From an uncultured Peptococcaceae bacterium (GTDB lineage: Bacteria > Bacillota > Dehalobacteriia > UBA4068 > UBA4997), in the NCBI GenBank assembly GCA_937897635.1, contig CALCQI010000025.1:53749-117748 (forward strand): DNA of 64,000 bases, given 5' to 3'. Shown here piece after piece: positions 61,286 to 64,000 of the stretch; within the stretch, counting starts at the first letter, position 1; every line of letters begins with the position of its first letter. The notes under the pieces were generated by a model. It ran no database searches, had not been told where the DNA came from, and saw nothing but the letters and a program-made list of their open reading frames with translations. The translations under genes and the position numbers were made by a program.

Positions 61286-62683
61286 ATGACAGGTTTAAAA
61301 AGAGAGATTGGTTTAATTCCTGCTATAGCAACTGCAGTAGGTATTGTTGTATCCTCTTCTGCATTGCTTATGTTAGGTCAAGGCTTTGGTTTAGGTGGCC
61401 CCGCATTTATAGTTGCTATGCTTATTGCAGCAACAGTTAACTTATGCGTAGCTTTTTCTTTTGCTGAGTTAACTTCCCTAATCCCTGCGGCAGGTGGTAT
61501 CAACCACTATACACTGCCGGCAATGGGTCGTACTGTTGGTATTTTTGCAGTTTTGGCAGGTTACTTCTTGGTATCCATTTTATCCAATGCTGCTGAATCC
61601 ACAATTGCAGGTAACGTATTGCATGACTTTTTCTTCCCCAGCATCAGCCCTACGCTTTGGGCATTTATTTTAATGACTATCCTTACATTAATCAACTTCC
61701 GCGGTGTTAAATCCTATGCTTATTCCCAAGTATTTTTAGCAGGTTCCATGATCATTTCCATGGTAATACTTTCTTGCATAGGTATATTCGGCTTAGGTTC
61801 TGGTACTCCTTTGGAAACCAAGCTTACTTTCGATATGGCTGCTGGTGGTGGCATACTAAGTATGCTGGGTATCGCTTTTTGGTTATTTGTTGGTTTGGAA
61901 TTCGTTTGCCCGCTGGCAGAAGAAATCATCAACCCACAAAGATTTATCCCCATTGCTATGATTTCCGCATTAGTTATCATCTTTATCAGCGATACTTTAT
62001 TCGGCTTTATGGCCATGAAATACTTAGGTGTTGAAGGCTTAGCCGCTTCCGGCACTCCTCACGTTGATGCTGCAAGTGCCGTTCTGGGCAGAGCCGGTCA
62101 GATTTGGATTGGTATCATCAGTATCATAGCTACAGGCTCCACATTAAATACCTTCATTGCAGCTATTCCCCGTATGCTTTACGGGATGGCTAAAGAAGGC
62201 CAGTTCCCAAGGGTATTTGCTAAAATTAACAGATGGGGCGCTCCTTGGGTTGGCGTATTACTAACATATTTGATCACCATCGTTCTCTTGGTATTCAACG
62301 ATCCTAACTCTGTTTCAATGATTTCCACCTTCGTTCTTTCCGGTTGCATCGGCTGGATGGTTTGCTATGTAATTGCTCATATTGACGTTCTCATCTTAAG
62401 GAAAAAATATCCTGATGCAAAACGTTCTTTCAAAGTTCCTTTTGGTCCTCTTCTTCCTATTTTGAGTTCCTTTGGTTTGATTTACATGATGATCTTTATT
62501 TATCCGGATGCTGACGGCAAAATCATTAATGAAGTTTCCAGCATCATCTTCAAATTTGCAGGTACTGCTTTAGGAATCTGTGCACTTTGGAGTATATTCT
62601 GGGTTAAAGTTGTCATGAAAAAACCCTTGTTTGAAACCGTTCCCATGGAAAAATTAGTAAAAGAATTGGAAGAAACAGCTTAG
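61286..62683 (+). CDS. APC-superfamily amino acid/amine permease.
   Basis: 12 predicted TM helices with an APC-like layout. GGAGGTG is 4 nt upstream of the ATG. Confidence 0.8.
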   Translation: MTGLKREIGLIPAIATAVGIVVSSSALLMLGQGFGLGGPAFIVAMLIAATVNLCVAFSFAELTSLIPAAGGINHYTLPAMGRTVGIFAVLAGYFLVSILSNAAESTIAGNVLHDFFFPSISPTLWAFILMTILTLINFRGVKSYAYSQVFLAGSMIISMVILSCIGIFGLGSGTPLETKLTFDMAAGGGILSMLGIAFWLFVGLEFVCPLAEEIINPQRFIPIAMISALVIIFISDTLFGFMAMKYLGVEGLAASGTPHVDAASAVLGRAGQIWIGIISIIATGSTLNTFIAAIPRMLYGMAKEGQFPRVFAKINRWGAPWVGVLLTYLITIVLLVFNDPNSVSMISTFVLSGCIGWMVCYVIAHIDVLILRKKYPDAKRSFKVPFGPLLPILSSFGLIYMMIFIYPDADGKIINEVSSIIFKFAGTALGICALWSIFWVKVVMKKPLFETVPMEKLVKELEETA

Positions 62684-62726
62684 TAGTATTTTAAGTTAAT
62701 TTATAGATATAAAACAAACGCGCACC

Positions 62727-62758
62727 AAAAGGAGCTCCAAAAGGAGCTCCTTTTGTTA
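62727..62758 (+). terminator. Rho-independent terminator downstream of the permease gene.
   Basis: Perfect 12-bp stem aaaaggagctcc/ggagctcctttt with a 4-nt loop, then a T-run. Confidence 0.7.
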
Positions 62759-62842
62759 TACTTAAATATTTTTATAAGAATATTATTAATATTATAGAAA
62801 ATATAGCAAAAAATTGTTAAAAGTTTATTTTTATAAAAACTA

Positions 62843-62864
62843 AAAGCCCCGTTAAGGGGCTTTT
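62843..62864 (-). terminator. Terminator downstream of ispA on the minus strand (bidirectional hairpin).
   Basis: aaaagcccc-gttaa-ggggctttt stem. Confidence 0.6.
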
Positions 62865-62885
62865 GATATATCTTTATATAATAAT

Positions 62886-63770
62886 TTAAGATTCTCTGCT
62901 GCTTAAATGCTTTACTATGGCTTTTAAGTTCTCCGCCCTTTCGCCAAAAGGCTGTAAAGCAGCTATAGCTTTACTTACCGCATCATCCGCTGCCTCAGAG
63001 GCTTTTGCCAAGCCCAGTAAAGCAGGATAAGTGGTTTTGGCATTTTTAGTATCTGAGCCTACAGGCTTACCCAGTTTGGCTTCATCTCCTACCACATCCA
63101 AAATATCATCTATGATTTGAAAACTTACCCCAAAATTATAGGCAAAAACCGTAAGAGCCTCCATTTCCTTTTCATCGGCAGCGCCCAAAATACCTGCGCT
63201 TAAAACTGCGGCATTGAAAAGCGCACCTGTTTTATTAAGATGAATATTTTTCAGTTCCTCCAAAGAAACTTTCTTGCCCTCTTTTTCAATATCCATGACC
63301 TGGCCTACAACCATGCCGTTTATACCTGCGGCAACAGCTACCTGACGGGTAGCATAAAGCAGGTGGTGCGGATCAGCATAGCAGGAAAGCATGATAGCAA
63401 AAGCATGTGTAAGCAATGCGTCCCCCGCCAAAATAGCATTGGCTTCACCATAAACCTTGTGTGCTGTAGGCTTGCCCCTGCGGTAATCATCATTATCCAT
63501 GGCGGGAAGATCATCGTGGATAAGAGAATAGGTATGAATCATTTCAATAGCGCAGGCAAAAGGCATCAACTTTTTAGTTGGAGTATCTAAAGCCTCTAAG
63601 GTTGCCAGAAACAACACAGGACGTAGCCTTTTACCGCCTGCCAGCAGGCTATAGTTCATCGCATCATAAAGTACTTGGCCTGCAGCATGCTTTTGGGGAA
63701 AAATCCCTTTCAGAGCCTTGTTTACTTCCAATGCCTTGGTCTCCAAATATTTTTTACCGCTAATCATCAT
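62886..63770 (-). CDS. ispA: Farnesyl/geranyl diphosphate synthase.
   Basis: 'LIHDDLPAMDNDDYRRGK' and 'FQIIDDILD' motifs; overlaps the xseB stop. Confidence 0.85.
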   Translation of the reverse strand: MMISGKKYLETKALEVNKALKGIFPQKHAAGQVLYDAMNYSLLAGGKRLRPVLFLATLEALDTPTKKLMPFACAIEMIHTYSLIHDDLPAMDNDDYRRGKPTAHKVYGEANAILAGDALLTHAFAIMLSCYADPHHLLYATRQVAVAAGINGMVVGQVMDIEKEGKKVSLEELKNIHLNKTGALFNAAVLSAGILGAADEKEMEALTVFAYNFGVSFQIIDDILDVVGDEAKLGKPVGSDTKNAKTTYPALLGLAKASEAADDAVSKAIAALQPFGERAENLKAIVKHLSSRES

Positions 63771-63966
63771 TTTCACCGCTTCCTTTAACCGCTTGTATTT
63801 TGGTTTCAGCTTCTTGTAACTGAGTGCGGCAGATTGCCAAAATTTCCACGCCTTTAGCATATTGGCTGAGCATTTCCTCTAAAGATAATTCACCATCTTC
63901 CATTTTGGCAATGATATTCTCAAGCTCGTTGATATTTTCAGCAAAATTTTTGATTTTTTTAGCCAT
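63760..63966 (-). CDS. xseB: Exodeoxyribonuclease VII small subunit.
   Basis: 68 aa; 'FAENINELENIIAKMEDGELSLEEMLSQYAKGVEILAICRTQLQEAETKI'. The last 30 nt of the window appear to hold the 3' end of xseA. Confidence 0.9.
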   Translation of the reverse strand: MAKKIKNFAENINELENIIAKMEDGELSLEEMLSQYAKGVEILAICRTQLQEAETKIQAVKGSGENDD

Positions 63967-64000
63967 TATTATCCTCCTCTACCGCAATAACTTTACAAGT

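Overview
This 64 kb window comes from a low-GC, anaerobic, endospore-forming Firmicute (Clostridia/Peptococcaceae-like). It is dense with conserved genes, and almost all of them sit on the minus strand.

Reading by plus-strand coordinate, the gene content is:
- 1-4 kb: the 5' end of the dcw cluster on the minus strand (mraZ, rsmH, ftsL, and a SpoVD/FtsI-type PBP that runs off the window start).
- 4.3-7.5 kb: an M20 amidohydrolase, a TPR membrane protein, a Fur-family regulator and a YlbF-like gene.
- 7.6-14.3 kb: a seven-gene hdrCBA-flxDCBA (HdrABC/FlxABCD-type) electron-bifurcation operon. HdrA and the MvhD/FlxD-like subunit are selenoproteins whose in-frame UGA codons split the ORF track. 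A DUF362 Fe-S gene sits just upstream.
- 15.8-23.5 kb: a LysM protein, hslO, a DUF1858 gene, dnaE, radC, an LCP-family gene and a small coiled-coil ORF.
- 23.6-29.4 kb: a PHP phosphoesterase, an M19 dipeptidase, ymdB, rny and recA (with a LexA box).
- 29.5-39.5 kb: a gamma-carbonic-anhydrase-like gene, hepS/hepT, proS, ispG, rseP, dxr, an AI-2E permease, cdsA and uppS.
- 39.7-42.8 kb: a ferredoxin, frr, pyrH, tsf and rpsB.
- 43.0-51.2 kb: hslU, a roughly 500 bp non-coding insert, hslV, xerC, trmFO, topA and dprA.
- 51.3-56.7 kb: ddl, an unusual MurF-like ligase whose N-terminal domain is replaced by five transmembrane helices, an alpha/beta hydrolase and comM.
- 56.8-62.7 kb: an 870 bp AT-rich, repeat-containing leader, followed by a plus-strand cluster of a tungsten-type aldehyde:ferredoxin oxidoreductase, a class-III aminotransferase and an APC amino-acid permease.
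- 62.9-64.0 kb: ispA and xseB on the minus strand.

Many ORF-track starts are over-extended; they were re-placed using RBS positions and conserved N-termini. The plus-strand ORFs listed inside minus-strand genes are antisense artefacts. No CRISPR array, rRNA, tRNA or obvious mobile element was found.
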